Assembly (NCBI GenBank): GCA_964618315.1 | Contig: CAZTWQ010000001.1 | Coordinates: forward strand, 6,877-70,876 | Length of the DNA: 64,000 bases | Direction: 5' to 3' | Source of the DNA: an uncultured Methanosarcinales archaeon | GTDB lineage: Archaea; Nanobdellota; Nanobdellia; Woesearchaeales; JACPBV01 | Shown here: positions 17,051-27,302 of the stretch, piece after piece | Layout: each line of letters opens with the position of its first letter | How positions within the stretch are numbered: the first letter of the stretch is position 1 | Program-made: the position numbers and the translations under genes | Notes under the pieces: generated by a model | The model's database searches: none | Told to the model about the DNA's origin: nothing | What the model saw: only the letters and a program-made list of their open reading frames with translations

Positions 17051-17855
17051 TTTTGTTTATTCTCCCATAGAAATATATCCTATTAAATGATATCAATAAG
17101 TAAATAAATATTATTGAGGATATTTGGAAGATTTTTAGATATGCAGAACCATAATTAATTAGAATCTGTTGGTTTTTAGTGACTAAAAACTTAAAGATGA
17201 AATGTAGAATATTGTATATTATGAGGTAGATTAGAGTGATAGCTATGTTAAATATGATGAACTGATAGTATATCTTTAATTTATGGAAAGTTATCTTAAA
17301 GCTATCCTTAATCAGATGTTTTCTTTGGTCATGGATGAATAATGTGTGGCTGATATTAATGGTGGAGTAAAAGAAAAATATGAAGATGGGGATCAATATA
17401 ACTAAAAGGTATTTTAGGAAGTCTCTTGTTAAGGTTAATGATAATATAGTGAGTGAGATTAAGCCTGTAAATACAAAAATTGCAGAGATTGCCAGGTTAA
17501 GTGTGTAGAACTTACCCAGGGATTTGAAAGTAAATCTGGTTTTCTCGTGTATCTCCCTTATTAAATTCAAGATTATCATCTTGATCATTGAATAAATAAA
17601 GATAATAAAGATATAATATACTAATGGGTAGATTATTACAAATAATAACAGATTTAATTGAGTTTTGAAAATATCCATTAATTGTTGTGCATCTGCAGGT
17701 ATGAATGACGCAAGGTATTTTCCTAAAAAGATAAAAATTGTCAAGAAAACAAAATCCAAGATAATAGTATATAGGTATAGATTAGGAGTTTTCTTAATAA
17801 TCGTTAGTGCATTAAATACAGATGAATTTAAGAATGCTTTTTTGAATTTGTTCAT
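17037..17855 (-). CDS. Multi-pass membrane protein
   Basis: About 6 TM segments; overlaps lgt start. Confidence 0.75.
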   Translation of the reverse strand: MNKFKKAFLNSSVFNALTIIKKTPNLYLYTIILDFVFLTIFIFLGKYLASFIPADAQQLMDIFKTQLNLLLFVIIYPLVYYIFIIFIYSMIKMIILNLIREIHEKTRFTFKSLGKFYTLNLAISAIFVFTGLISLTILSLTLTRDFLKYLLVILIPIFIFFFYSTINISHTLFIHDQRKHLIKDSFKITFHKLKIYYQFIIFNIAITLIYLIIYNILHFIFKFLVTKNQQILINYGSAYLKIFQISSIIFIYLLISFNRIYFYGRINKNVLP

Positions 17856-17926
17856 TATGATATTATGTACCTAGCTTTTTTATAAACATTTTGTTTTATT
17901 GGCATTTGAAGAAGAAATGAATAAGG

Positions 17927-18089
17927 GGCTGCGTTGAAAATCTCACTACGTTCGGGTTGCCATCGGGTTCGCTTCTTGAAGTTGGTATGGATAACTGACA
18001 TTCCCCGTAAGGGACCTCCCCCTTGTCAGTTTGAAGTGATTATCTATCAAGCTCACGAATTGATGGCGACCTATATTTTCAACGCAGCC
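17927..18089 (+). mobile_element. Structured MITE-like element, copy 1 (163 bp)
   Basis: 15-bp TIR GGCTGCGTTGAAAAT; degenerate target duplication ATGAATAAG/ATGGATAAG; interior homologous to 36713-36875. Confidence 0.8.
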
Positions 18090-18166
18090 ATGGATAAGAA
18101 GAAACTTTTTATTTATACCTTATAAACAACACAATGTTTATAAATGTCAATAAAACCTTTTAAGAA

Positions 18167-18634
18167 ATGGTAAAAAAAGATACAATAAAAACAATCATTT
18201 CTATTGCTGTTATCATAGTTTTAGCTATTATCATCACCAGTGTAAATAATATGGTTTTTTCTAAATCGTTGGGTGAATTAGAGACTGGGGCCAGGGTTGA
18301 GTCTGGCGTATCTGAAGGTGGAGATGAATTAAATTCAAATGGTGATTATAGTGGATGTTTTAGTCATAGTCAAGATACAGTAGTTTTTGTATATTCTAAT
18401 TCCTGCCCTTATTGTAATCAAATGAAGCCAATAGTAAAAGAGCTTGAAAGTGATGGATATAAGTTTTATTGGGCAGAGGGGTCTGATAAGGAAGCGAGAG
18501 AAATTATAGATGGATGTTTTAGTGATTTAACAGGGGGTTATGTACCTCAGGTGATATGCCCTGCAACTGGAAAAGAACAGACTGGGGCCATGGATAAATC
18601 TAGTTTGAAGAGATTTGCTGATAACTGCAAATAG
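18167..18634 (+). CDS. Membrane-anchored thioredoxin-fold protein
   Basis: N-terminal TM helix, CPYC, YVP. Confidence 0.8.
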   Translation: MVKKDTIKTIISIAVIIVLAIIITSVNNMVFSKSLGELETGARVESGVSEGGDELNSNGDYSGCFSHSQDTVVFVYSNSCPYCNQMKPIVKELESDGYKFYWAEGSDKEAREIIDGCFSDLTGGYVPQVICPATGKEQTGAMDKSSLKRFADNCK

Positions 18635-18639
18635 AAATA

Positions 18640-18918
18640 TTATCCTTTTAATGCTTGATTTATTTTCTTTTTAAATTTATTAAACCTTTGATCAAATAGG
18701 GTTTTGTTTGCACCTTGCTGTAACGCAAGCATTCTTGCTAAGATCGATAAGTCAATCATCTCTTTTACAGCGTGAGGGTCTTTATCTTCTTTTAAGTCAT
18801 TTATTTCTACCAAGTGTTCCTGAATCTGCAACATAAGAAATTCATAATAATCATCTTCTTTTGGAAATTGTTTTTGATTTAACTTATGTAATGACTTAAG
18901 TCCTGTTAGATTTAGAAT
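18640..18918 (-). CDS. Hypothetical helical protein, probable ATT start
   Basis: Frame open 28 codons upstream of ATG 18834 to an ATT preceded by GGGGGTGG RBS. Confidence 0.55.
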   Translation of the reverse strand: MLNLTGLKSLHKLNQKQFPKEDDYYEFLMLQIQEHLVEINDLKEDKDPHAVKEMIDLSILARMLALQQGANKTLFDQRFNKFKKKINQALKG

Positions 18919-19049
18919 AATAAACCACCCCCGATTTTCATAATTGATTTTGAGATTGATGATTTATATACTTTTGGTTGAGTAATTGGAGACTAAACTA
19001 TAAGAACGAATCTTAATATATCAAATAGGATAAAAAGAAAAGTAGTATA

Positions 19050-19997
19050 CTAATTAGTACTTAAATGATCATAACCATGTTTTTTTATCTTTGTCTCTTT
19101 TCCTCTGCTGTATAGATATGCACCTTTTCTTTTGGTTATTTCGCCCACTAGAAAGCCCTTTACCTTGTTTAGGTTTTTTTCAGAAACTGTAAAGACTAAT
19201 TCAAAATCTTCCCCACCATATAATGCATAATCTAGCGGGTCTTTTTTTGCTGCTTTTGCTGCCTGCCTTGTTTCTTGTTTTATCGGGATGTTGTCTTTGA
19301 AGATTATTGCTCCCATGTTACTTTGCTCGCAGATATGTTTTACTTCTGATGCCAGACCATCTGAGACGTCAATCATAGCATGGATGTATTTTAAGAATGG
19401 TTTTACTTTATGGAATTTTGATTTTGGCTCCAGATGTTTAAGTTTTACTTTATCATGACCTTTGATGTTCTTGCGAAATAGGTTTAAACCTGCTGTAGAA
19501 GAACCAAGGTCTCCGCTTACTAAGATGAAATCTCCAGGTTTTGCATGAGATCTTAGACAGAGGTTTTCTTTTTTTACTTCGCCAATCATATCAATACCAA
19601 TGACTAATTCTTTTCCATGAGTTATGTTGCCGCCAATGATTTCTACTTTATGTTTTTTTCCTGAACTCCTCATCCCCTTGTATATTCTTTCTATTATCTC
19701 TACATCCAGGTTTTTTGGCAGGACTAATGAGACTAAAGCGTATTTGGGATTAGCACCCATTGAACCTATGTCTGAAACATTGATCTCGATGGCTTTTTTT
19801 CCTATCTGTTCTGGTGTGAAGTATTTTAATGAGAAATGGTCGCCTTCTACAATTGTGTCTGTGGTTATTGTTAAGAGTTTGTTTCCTACCTTTATTACAG
19901 CGGCGTCATCGCCTATGCCTTTTAGGATGTTTTTGTCTTTGGTCTTTTGAGATATTCTTTTTATTAAGTCGAATTCGCTGATTTGGTTTAATTTCAT
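19050..19997 (-). CDS. thiL: Thiamine-monophosphate kinase
   Basis: EFDLI, GIGDDAA, NVSDIGSMG, DVSDGL, GGEDFEL, GYDH. Confidence 0.95.
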   Translation of the reverse strand: MKLNQISEFDLIKRISQKTKDKNILKGIGDDAAVIKVGNKLLTITTDTIVEGDHFSLKYFTPEQIGKKAIEINVSDIGSMGANPKYALVSLVLPKNLDVEIIERIYKGMRSSGKKHKVEIIGGNITHGKELVIGIDMIGEVKKENLCLRSHAKPGDFILVSGDLGSSTAGLNLFRKNIKGHDKVKLKHLEPKSKFHKVKPFLKYIHAMIDVSDGLASEVKHICEQSNMGAIIFKDNIPIKQETRQAAKAAKKDPLDYALYGGEDFELVFTVSEKNLNKVKGFLVGEITKRKGAYLYSRGKETKIKKHGYDHLSTN

Positions 19998-20052
19998 TTT
20001 GAGTTAAATTAATTTTGATTAGAATATAAATGTTTTGATTGGATGAAATAAT

Positions 20053-20466
20053 ATGGTTTTTAGATGGGCATTTTCCGATAATTATTTATATCAACAAAAT
20101 TATTACAGAATTATGGATGAAACTAATAATCCACCACCTAGAAAAGATATTGTCATAGGGATGATTGTAATTGTCCTACTTAATATATATCTAACCCTTT
20201 CAGGTTTTGGTCAGGCAATCCCCCATAAATTCAGATATAATTATCTCTTTTATATTGCAGGAGCATTAGCATCTATCAATTTAGTGTTATCTGCAATACA
20301 ATTATTCAAAAAGCAAAAAAATCTGAATATGGTCCTAACGATTATCTTTATTGTACTTATTACAAGTGCTTTGACTGAAAACGGTCTTTTTCAGAATATT
20401 ATATTATTTGCTGGGCTTTTATATCTTGGGTATATTGTGAAGTTAAAGAGACGTTTGAGTAATTAG
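20053..20466 (+). CDS. Membrane protein (true start may be downstream)
   Basis: 4 TM segments. Confidence 0.6.
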   Translation: MVFRWAFSDNYLYQQNYYRIMDETNNPPPRKDIVIGMIVIVLLNIYLTLSGFGQAIPHKFRYNYLFYIAGALASINLVLSAIQLFKKQKNLNMVLTIIFIVLITSALTENGLFQNIILFAGLLYLGYIVKLKRRLSN

Positions 20467-20499
20467 TCGAATACCATTAGCCCTATGTTGAGGTATCAC

Positions 20500-20751
20500 T
20501 TATTCTTTAGAATCACTTTTTAGAACAGTTGGTGAAGTTAAAATAGATTTAATCATAAATACTCCCGCTATTGCAATCAATAGACCGACAAATCTAGAGA
20601 AAATTCCCTTTGTGTATGTTGATGAAGTACCTGGAGTGCCACCACCTATACCCGTAATCAAACTGTATATTCCTACGCTTATCAGTAAAATTGCCAGGAT
20701 TCCATGTCCAATCTCCTCTTTTTTGGTATATTCCATGTTATGCAAACTCAT
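20500..20751 (-). CDS. Small membrane protein
   Basis: 2 TM segments. Confidence 0.6.
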   Translation of the reverse strand: MSLHNMEYTKKEEIGHGILAILLISVGIYSLITGIGGGTPGTSSTYTKGIFSRFVGLLIAIAGVFMIKSILTSPTVLKSDSKE

Positions 20752-20752
20752 C

Positions 20753-21634
20753 TTATATTGATATGGTTAAAATCAGGTTAGCAACATATTTTAAAATAAA
20801 AGATAATAGAATAAATACTAAGACAGGTATTAAATACAATAAGAGCAGTTTAAGTGTCTTATCTTCCCTTTTAAAGTAGAAAATTACATAAGGAATATTA
20901 AACGATATGAATGCTAAAACAAAGGCAATATTTGCATTAAAAATCTCAGAACTAAATAAACTGACAATTCCTGTTGTACCTAATGGATTACCAGCAGAAA
21001 GTTGAGATAGTTGTGCAGATAATTTTGAAATGATTGTTCCAATCATGCTATTGGTTGCAAATATCAATCCTAAAAGAGAGGAAAAAATCACTCCAGTGGT
21101 CAAATATTTCTTAGAATTGTCACTTACTTTGTTAAACATGTAAGCTATGAGTAATCCAACTACAAATGTACTGATTGAGATTAATGCATAAAAAAGGACA
21201 TTCCCCATTGCAGTAAATGATTTAAGTAATGGGAATACAGTTAAAATCAATAATCCAATAGGTGATAAAAGGAAAATAGTCATTAAAATCCCATACAAAT
21301 TTCTTTTTTTGATATAAATTATTATCGACCCTCCAAAAAGCAAAGGGAAAATTAAATTAACAAATTTTGATTTGATCAATGATATAATAATTCCTGCAAC
21401 TAATTGTAATGAAAAAATTACAAGAAGAATATAGAATATAACCATAAACAATGTTCCTTTTTGAGATAAAAATTGATTAAATCCAAGATTGGAATTTTCT
21501 CTAGGTGGATTTATAGCCTCGTTTACATCTGATGGTTTATATCCTTGCTTTAAAAGAGATTGCCTTAATTGATCCTTAGAATAACCTTGTTCTTCTTTTG
21601 ATTTAATCCAATCGATAATTCTTTTATCAACCAT
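20753..21634 (-). CDS. Multi-pass membrane protein with N-terminal helical domain
   Basis: QGYSKDQLRQSLLKQGY N-domain then TM helices. Confidence 0.75.
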   Translation of the reverse strand: MVDKRIIDWIKSKEEQGYSKDQLRQSLLKQGYKPSDVNEAINPPRENSNLGFNQFLSQKGTLFMVIFYILLVIFSLQLVAGIIISLIKSKFVNLIFPLLFGGSIIIYIKKRNLYGILMTIFLLSPIGLLILTVFPLLKSFTAMGNVLFYALISISTFVVGLLIAYMFNKVSDNSKKYLTTGVIFSSLLGLIFATNSMIGTIISKLSAQLSQLSAGNPLGTTGIVSLFSSEIFNANIAFVLAFISFNIPYVIFYFKREDKTLKLLLLYLIPVLVFILLSFILKYVANLILTISI

Positions 21635-21770
21635 TATAAATATAGCATAAAAGAGGTATATAAATGTTTTTAAAATGAGCTGGCCATTTTAATTATTAGC
21701 TATTGAGGATGATGGAAACTGATTATGGTTAGATTCTATGACATTGAAATCTAAAACCTTTAGAAATCGA

Positions 21771-23030
21771 TTATTTCAGTTCCTTATTTATCTTAACAGA
21801 GCAGAACTTACCACACATAGAACATACTTCTTCCCCTTCGGGTTTGCATTCTGCCCTGAACTTTTTGGCTGTTTCTGGGTCTATGGCTAATTCCATCATC
21901 TTGTTCCAGTCAAGATCTGCTCTTGCTCCTGACATCTTATCGTCCCAGTCTCTTGCGCCTTTTATCCCTTTTGCGATGTCTGCTGCATGTGCTGCTATTT
22001 TTGAAGCAATGACGCCTTGTTTTACATCTTCGATATTTGGTAAACCTAGGTGTTCTTTGGGCGTCACAAAACATAAAAAAGATGCACCATGCATCGCAGC
22101 TAATGTTCCTCCAATAGCTGATGTTATATGATCATAGCCAGGTGCTATATCTGTTACCAAAGGACCTAGAACATAGAACGGTGCGTTGTTGCACATCTCT
22201 TTTTGAAGTTTCATGTTGTGTTCGATCTGATCCATGGGTACATGACCCGGACCCTCAATAATTGATTGGACGTTTTCATCAAATGCTTTTTTTTGCAGTT
22301 CACCTAATGTTTTTAATTCATGAAGCTGTGCTTTATCTGTTGCATCTTTTAGGCAGCCAGGTCTTAAACCATCACCTAAGCTTAAAGTAACGTCATATTT
22401 TTTTGTCCAGAAAAGAATCTTATCGAATGATTCATATAAGGGATTTTCACGATTGTTATGTTCCATCCATTTAACTAAGAATGAACCTCCCCTACTTACA
22501 ACACCCATTGTTCTTTTTTTGATTAATTTTATTGAGTCTTTTGTAAGGCCGCAATGTACTGTTATAAAATCAACACCATCCTGGATATGTTTTTTTATCC
22601 CTTTGATCAGATCGCTTTCTGTCAAATCAACTATCGTGTCATTTTCGATTGCTGCCTGATATATTGGAACGGTACCAATCGGAACTTCTGAATTTTTTAT
22701 TATTAATCGTCTTACTTCATCTATGTTTCCGCCAGTGCTTAGATCCATCACAGTATCTGCACCGTATTTGACTGCTATTTTTAGTTTTTCTAGTTCTTCG
22801 CCTATATCATGTTTTGTTTGACTGGTGCCTATGTTGGCATTGATCTTTGTTCTAAGACCTTCTCCAATACCCAATGGTTTTACATTAGAATGTAATGTTG
22901 ATGCTGTGATTACTGCTCTGCCTTGCGCTATCAATCTCATCAATTCTTTTGGTTTTAGATTTTCATCTCTAGCGATATCTTCCATCTCTTTGCTTATATC
23001 GTTGAATTTTGCTTGTTCTAATTGTGTCAT
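21771..23030 (-). CDS. thiC: Phosphomethylpyrimidine synthase
   Basis: KINANIG, VMDLSTG, VSRGGS, LGDGLRPG, EGPGH, CSMCGKFC. Confidence 0.95.
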   Translation of the reverse strand: MTQLEQAKFNDISKEMEDIARDENLKPKELMRLIAQGRAVITASTLHSNVKPLGIGEGLRTKINANIGTSQTKHDIGEELEKLKIAVKYGADTVMDLSTGGNIDEVRRLIIKNSEVPIGTVPIYQAAIENDTIVDLTESDLIKGIKKHIQDGVDFITVHCGLTKDSIKLIKKRTMGVVSRGGSFLVKWMEHNNRENPLYESFDKILFWTKKYDVTLSLGDGLRPGCLKDATDKAQLHELKTLGELQKKAFDENVQSIIEGPGHVPMDQIEHNMKLQKEMCNNAPFYVLGPLVTDIAPGYDHITSAIGGTLAAMHGASFLCFVTPKEHLGLPNIEDVKQGVIASKIAAHAADIAKGIKGARDWDDKMSGARADLDWNKMMELAIDPETAKKFRAECKPEGEEVCSMCGKFCSVKINKELK

Positions 23031-23266
23031 TTTGTTTTAGCTAAATGGGTTAGAGGGGGATTTTAATTCTTTATCAGTACATATTCTTTTTATATAATGT
23101 TCACTTAATTGCATAGTTGTTAAGATATGTTATCCCCCTAGTTTACTAAATCAATAAACAGGGACTATATTAAAATGTTGTGTTTTTAAAAATCCAGAAA
23201 TAGGGGGGTTTAATCCTAGATAATAAACTATCATCACCGGATTTTTTATCTTTGTATATATGATGA

Positions 23267-23824
23267 TCAGACACTATTATTAGTTAATCTCTTTTTAGAG
23301 TATTGAACTCCAAAAGCTAGAATTCCACCTAAGATAGCTGTGTAGAACTGGAATATGCCCATAGAAGTTAAGAACAATAAAGGTACTAAATTTAGGCTGA
23401 ATAATATATAAGCTACTAGGAATAAGAATGATGCTTTTATTATTGATCCTATAATTAAAGTTATTGCATAGTTTACTTTCTTGTTTAGGTTTAGTGCTTT
23501 AAATGCAAAAATCAATATTGAATTTCCAATCCATATAAAAGGTATCATGTAGAGTAAGAAGATTGTAAATGGACCAAATAACACTCCTCGTGATAGTGCA
23601 CCTAGTGTGGGTGCGATTATTATCGGCAATAACTTATAGCCTTTGATGTTTAAAGCAGATGTTATTAGTAATGCATTGATTAATATGCCTACAACAATCT
23701 GAGGATGGCCTATCATCAACGGCAAAAAGAATGAAACTATTGAGTAAATGATTATCTCAAACAACTCTGTTTTGTAGCCTAATAGATAATCTTGTTTGTT
23801 CATTATTTTGTTTAGATATTCCAT
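23267..23824 (-). CDS. Membrane protein resembling an ECF S component
   Basis: PQIVVGILINALL...PFIWIGN pattern, about 6 TM. Confidence 0.6.
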   Translation of the reverse strand: MEYLNKIMNKQDYLLGYKTELFEIIIYSIVSFFLPLMIGHPQIVVGILINALLITSALNIKGYKLLPIIIAPTLGALSRGVLFGPFTIFLLYMIPFIWIGNSILIFAFKALNLNKKVNYAITLIIGSIIKASFLFLVAYILFSLNLVPLLFLTSMGIFQFYTAILGGILAFGVQYSKKRLTNNSV

Positions 23825-23923
23825 TGTATCGTTGAAGGAAATTAGCTTGTTTAAATAATTTTTGTTTAACTATATTTTCAATCCCCGAAAATCTTAAATA
23901 CTATTACAAAACTGTTTATTTTC

Positions 23924-24364
23924 ATGTTAAGAGGGAGGCATATTTTTGACAAAGGGGCTTCAAAATTACTCATTTCTAGACTTAGAAATATACAAAAAAA
24001 AGAAGGTTACTTATCTGAAGAGAATCTGAAAGGAGTATCAAAAGAAACAAAAATACCTATAACAAGGGTATATGAAGTGGCTACATTCTATTCATTTTTT
24101 AATGTGAAGAAAAAAGGCAAGCATGTAATCAGATTATGTAACTCCCCTGCATGTCTTGTTAATGGTTCTGAGAATATATTAGATATATTTGAGAAATTAT
24201 TAGGTATTAAATTAGGACAGACAACAGAAGATGGGAATTTTACTCTAGAAACCACTTCATGTATAGGGTGCTGTGATGAAAGCCCAGCAGCTTTAGTAGA
24301 TGAAAAAGCACATACTAATCTTAATGAAGATAAAATAAAAGAGATAATCGAAAAATGCAAGTAA
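23924..24364 (+). CDS. hydC: [FeFe]-hydrogenase 1 [2Fe-2S] subunit (NuoE-like)
   Basis: VATFYS, CNSPAC, CIGCC. Confidence 0.92.
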   Translation: MLRGRHIFDKGASKLLISRLRNIQKKEGYLSEENLKGVSKETKIPITRVYEVATFYSFFNVKKKGKHVIRLCNSPACLVNGSENILDIFEKLLGIKLGQTTEDGNFTLETTSCIGCCDESPAALVDEKAHTNLNEDKIKEIIEKCK

Positions 24365-25458
24365 CTAAAAAAACAGAGTTTAAGGGATTTGAAAAAGCAG
24401 TAAATTTGAAGCCAGAAGAAGTTATACAGGTAGTTAAAAAATCAGGATTAAAAGGGAGGGGGGGAGCAAACTTCTCAACAGGTCTAAAATGGGAATTTAC
24501 AAGAAAAAGTCCAAATCCTACTAAAGTTGTTATATGCAATGCTGATGAAGGGGAGCCAGGCACTTTTAAGGATAAATTAATACTTACAGAGAACCCATCT
24601 ATTGTAATTGAAGGGATAGCGATTGCAGCTTATGCAATTGGAGCTAAATTTGCTTATATCTATTTAAGAGCAGAATACGAGTATTTGAAGGAAAATCTTG
24701 AAAAAGCAATAGAAGAATATAAGGCTGAGTTGGACAAGATAGAATTAAATATTGATATTGTGATGGGTGCTGGAGCTTATATTTGTGGTGATGAAACTGC
24801 AATAATGAATTCTATACAAGAGCTTAGAGGAGAGCCACATGCAAAACCACCATATCCAGTTGAATCAGGGTTATGTAATTATCCAACTACAATAAATAAT
24901 GTTGCTACATTGGCAAATGTTCCCTTGATAATGTTAGATGAATGGGATGATCTAAGATTATATTCATTATCAGGTAATTTAGATAGTCCAGGGGTTTATG
25001 AGATGCCTTTAGGAATAACTACTAAAGAACTTATTGAGAAAGGAACCCCTAAAGAAGAGATAAAAGCATTATTCTTTGGATGTGCAGGTGGTTGTTTACC
25101 TTATGATCCTGAAATGAAACTGGATGTTGAATCAGTAAATGAAAAAGGTGCAATGCTTGGGAGTTGCACTGTTATTGCAATTGGAAAAAGCCAAAGCATA
25201 CCTAAAATCTGTAAGAATATAGCTGAATTTTTTGTTCATGAAAGTTGTGGTAAATGTACTCCTTGTAGGGAAGGTAATTTTAGAGTTTTAGAGATAATCA
25301 ATAAGATTGTTGAAAATAAAGCAGATGAAGATGATTTGAATGCATTGGAGGATCTTGCTATTTTTATCAACAAAACTTCATTATGTGGATTAGGACAAGC
25401 ATCTAACACACACATAAAAACAGCACTAAAATATTTTAGAGAGGAATTTACAAAATGA
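24355..25458 (+). CDS. hydB: [FeFe]-hydrogenase 1 diaphorase subunit (minimal NuoF-like)
   Basis: GRGGANF, NADEGEPGTFK, GAGAYICG, ESCGKCTPCREG...CGLG. Confidence 0.92.
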   Translation: MQVTKKTEFKGFEKAVNLKPEEVIQVVKKSGLKGRGGANFSTGLKWEFTRKSPNPTKVVICNADEGEPGTFKDKLILTENPSIVIEGIAIAAYAIGAKFAYIYLRAEYEYLKENLEKAIEEYKAELDKIELNIDIVMGAGAYICGDETAIMNSIQELRGEPHAKPPYPVESGLCNYPTTINNVATLANVPLIMLDEWDDLRLYSLSGNLDSPGVYEMPLGITTKELIEKGTPKEEIKALFFGCAGGCLPYDPEMKLDVESVNEKGAMLGSCTVIAIGKSQSIPKICKNIAEFFVHESCGKCTPCREGNFRVLEIINKIVENKADEDDLNALEDLAIFINKTSLCGLGQASNTHIKTALKYFREEFTK

Positions 25459-27152
25459 GCCAGATTATGATAAATGGGGTTCAATTTGAGGCAAAAGAAG
25501 GGGAGACTATCCTTGAATTATGCAAAAGAAACAATGTAGAGATACCTCACCTTTGTTACCATCCTGATCTAGAAGCTCAAGCAAGATGTAGGATATGTGT
25601 TGTGAGTGTAAATGGTAAATTAGTCACTTCATGTAATACAAAAGTAATTGATGGTATGAACATAATAACAGAGAATGATGAGATAATAAAAGCAAGGAAA
25701 TTGAATATGGAATTGCTGCTTGCTAACCATGATGCTAAGTTAGAGGATAATGAGTTAGGTAAAGTTGCAAAAAAATTAGGTGTAGATAAAAGCAGGTTTG
25801 ATAAAATTCAAGATAAAACAGTTGATGATAGCAGTGCAGGGATACATCATGATAACAATAAATGCATATTGTGTGGGAGATGCGTACAAAAATGCCAAAC
25901 TATTCAAAGTGTTTTTGCAATAGGATTTGAAAACAGAGGACACTATACTGAAGTAAACCCTTACTTTAATCACGGATTAGGTGATGTTTCATGTGTTCTT
26001 TGCGGTCAATGTACAAATGTCTGCCCTTCTCAGGCATTGATGGAAAAAGATTATACTAAAGAAGTTACAGATGCTATAAATGATTCTGATAAGGTAGTTA
26101 TTGTACAGACAGCACCTTCAATAAGAGGTACACTAGGGGAGACTCAAGGTATGGAGCCAGGAAGTTTAGTAACTGGAAAGATGGTCGCTGCTTTAAGAAA
26201 ATTAGGTTTTGATAAAGTACTAGATACAAACTTTACAGCTGATTTAACAATAGTTGAGGAAGGAAATGAACTTATTCAAAGGGTGAAAAATAAGGGGGTA
26301 CTCCCACAGATAACTTCATGCAGCCCTGGTTGGGTAAAATTTATAGAGCATTTTTATCCTGAACTCCTACCTAATTTAAGTTCATGTAAGAGTCCTCAGC
26401 AAATGTTTGGGACTTTGTTAAAGACATATTATGCTAAAAAGAATAATATTGATCCTTCTAAGATAGTTTCGGTTTCAATAATGCCTTGTATAGCTAAGAA
26501 ATACGAGATGAACAGGCCGGAGATGAAAGATTCTGGTTTTAAAGATGTTGATTATTCCTTAACTACGAGGGAGCTTGGAAGGATGATAAAAGACGCAGGG
26601 ATTGATTTTGCTAATCTAGAAGATGATAAATTCGATCCTATAATGGGTGAGTCAACTGGTGCTGCAGCAATATTTGGAGCTACTGGTGGTGTAATGGAAG
26701 CCGCTTTGCGTACAGCTGTAGATATTTTAGAAGGAAAAGATCTTCAAGAGATAGAATATACTGGAGTTAGAGGATTAAAAGGAATAAAAGAAGCAACAGT
26801 TAAGGTTGCTGGTATTGATGTTAGTGTAGCTGTTGCTCATGGCCTAGGAAATGCAAGAGCACTTATGGAAATGGTCAAGAAATATCCTTCAAAATATCAT
26901 TTTATAGAAATAATGGCATGTCCTGGTGGATGTGTTGGTGGAGGGGGTCAACCAGCCCCTACTAATTCTGAAGTTGTAAAGAAAAGATCAGAAGCACTTT
27001 ATGCGGAAGATAAGGGCTTAACTTATAGAAAATCACATAAGAACCCTGAAATAATCCAGCTTTATGAAGAGTTCTTAAAAGAGTATGGTTCGCATAAAGC
27101 ACATGAATTATTGCATACAAAATACACAGCAATGAATGAATTAGGGGATTAG
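25455..27152 (+). CDS. hydA: [FeFe]-hydrogenase 1 catalytic subunit (group A)
   Basis: H-cluster motifs TSCSPGW, MPCIAKKYE, EIMACPGGCVGGGGQP; N-terminal FeS domains. Confidence 0.96.
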   Translation: MSQIMINGVQFEAKEGETILELCKRNNVEIPHLCYHPDLEAQARCRICVVSVNGKLVTSCNTKVIDGMNIITENDEIIKARKLNMELLLANHDAKLEDNELGKVAKKLGVDKSRFDKIQDKTVDDSSAGIHHDNNKCILCGRCVQKCQTIQSVFAIGFENRGHYTEVNPYFNHGLGDVSCVLCGQCTNVCPSQALMEKDYTKEVTDAINDSDKVVIVQTAPSIRGTLGETQGMEPGSLVTGKMVAALRKLGFDKVLDTNFTADLTIVEEGNELIQRVKNKGVLPQITSCSPGWVKFIEHFYPELLPNLSSCKSPQQMFGTLLKTYYAKKNNIDPSKIVSVSIMPCIAKKYEMNRPEMKDSGFKDVDYSLTTRELGRMIKDAGIDFANLEDDKFDPIMGESTGAAAIFGATGGVMEAALRTAVDILEGKDLQEIEYTGVRGLKGIKEATVKVAGIDVSVAVAHGLGNARALMEMVKKYPSKYHFIEIMACPGGCVGGGGQPAPTNSEVVKKRSEALYAEDKGLTYRKSHKNPEIIQLYEEFLKEYGSHKAHELLHTKYTAMNELGD

Positions 27153-27296
27153 TGGTAGTTAATTTCTATTTTTATTTTTGTGGTAATTAAACAATATATC
27201 AGTTTCTAATAAGTTATGTGGAGTATAAAATAATAAATTAAATAATGTGGTAATTAAACTAAAATAAAAAGCTTTTTATAAGAGTGGTAATTAAAC
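27152..27296 (+). promoter_or_regulatory. Direct-repeat array GTGGTAATTAAAC around the hyd2 promoter
   Basis: Exact copies at 27180, 27247, 27284; degenerate copies at 27152, 27218; TATA TTTTTATA 27273-27280. Confidence 0.8.
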
Positions 27297-27302
27297 TATT
27301 TT

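Noticed and set aside
17934..18125. 63-aa ORF (also 38115-38300)
   Set aside because: Lies largely within a MITE-like palindromic element; no protein motif.
23040..23266. TPP riboswitch upstream of thiC
   Set aside because: No CTGAGA or ACCTGA core motifs found on the minus strand.
23924..25458. Respiratory complex I nuoEF
   Set aside because: Directly coupled to H-cluster hydA genes; no membrane nuo subunits present.
27152..27296. Possible mini-CRISPR array
   Set aside because: Repeats are only 13 bp with 15-25-bp gaps, overlap a promoter, and no cas genes are present.
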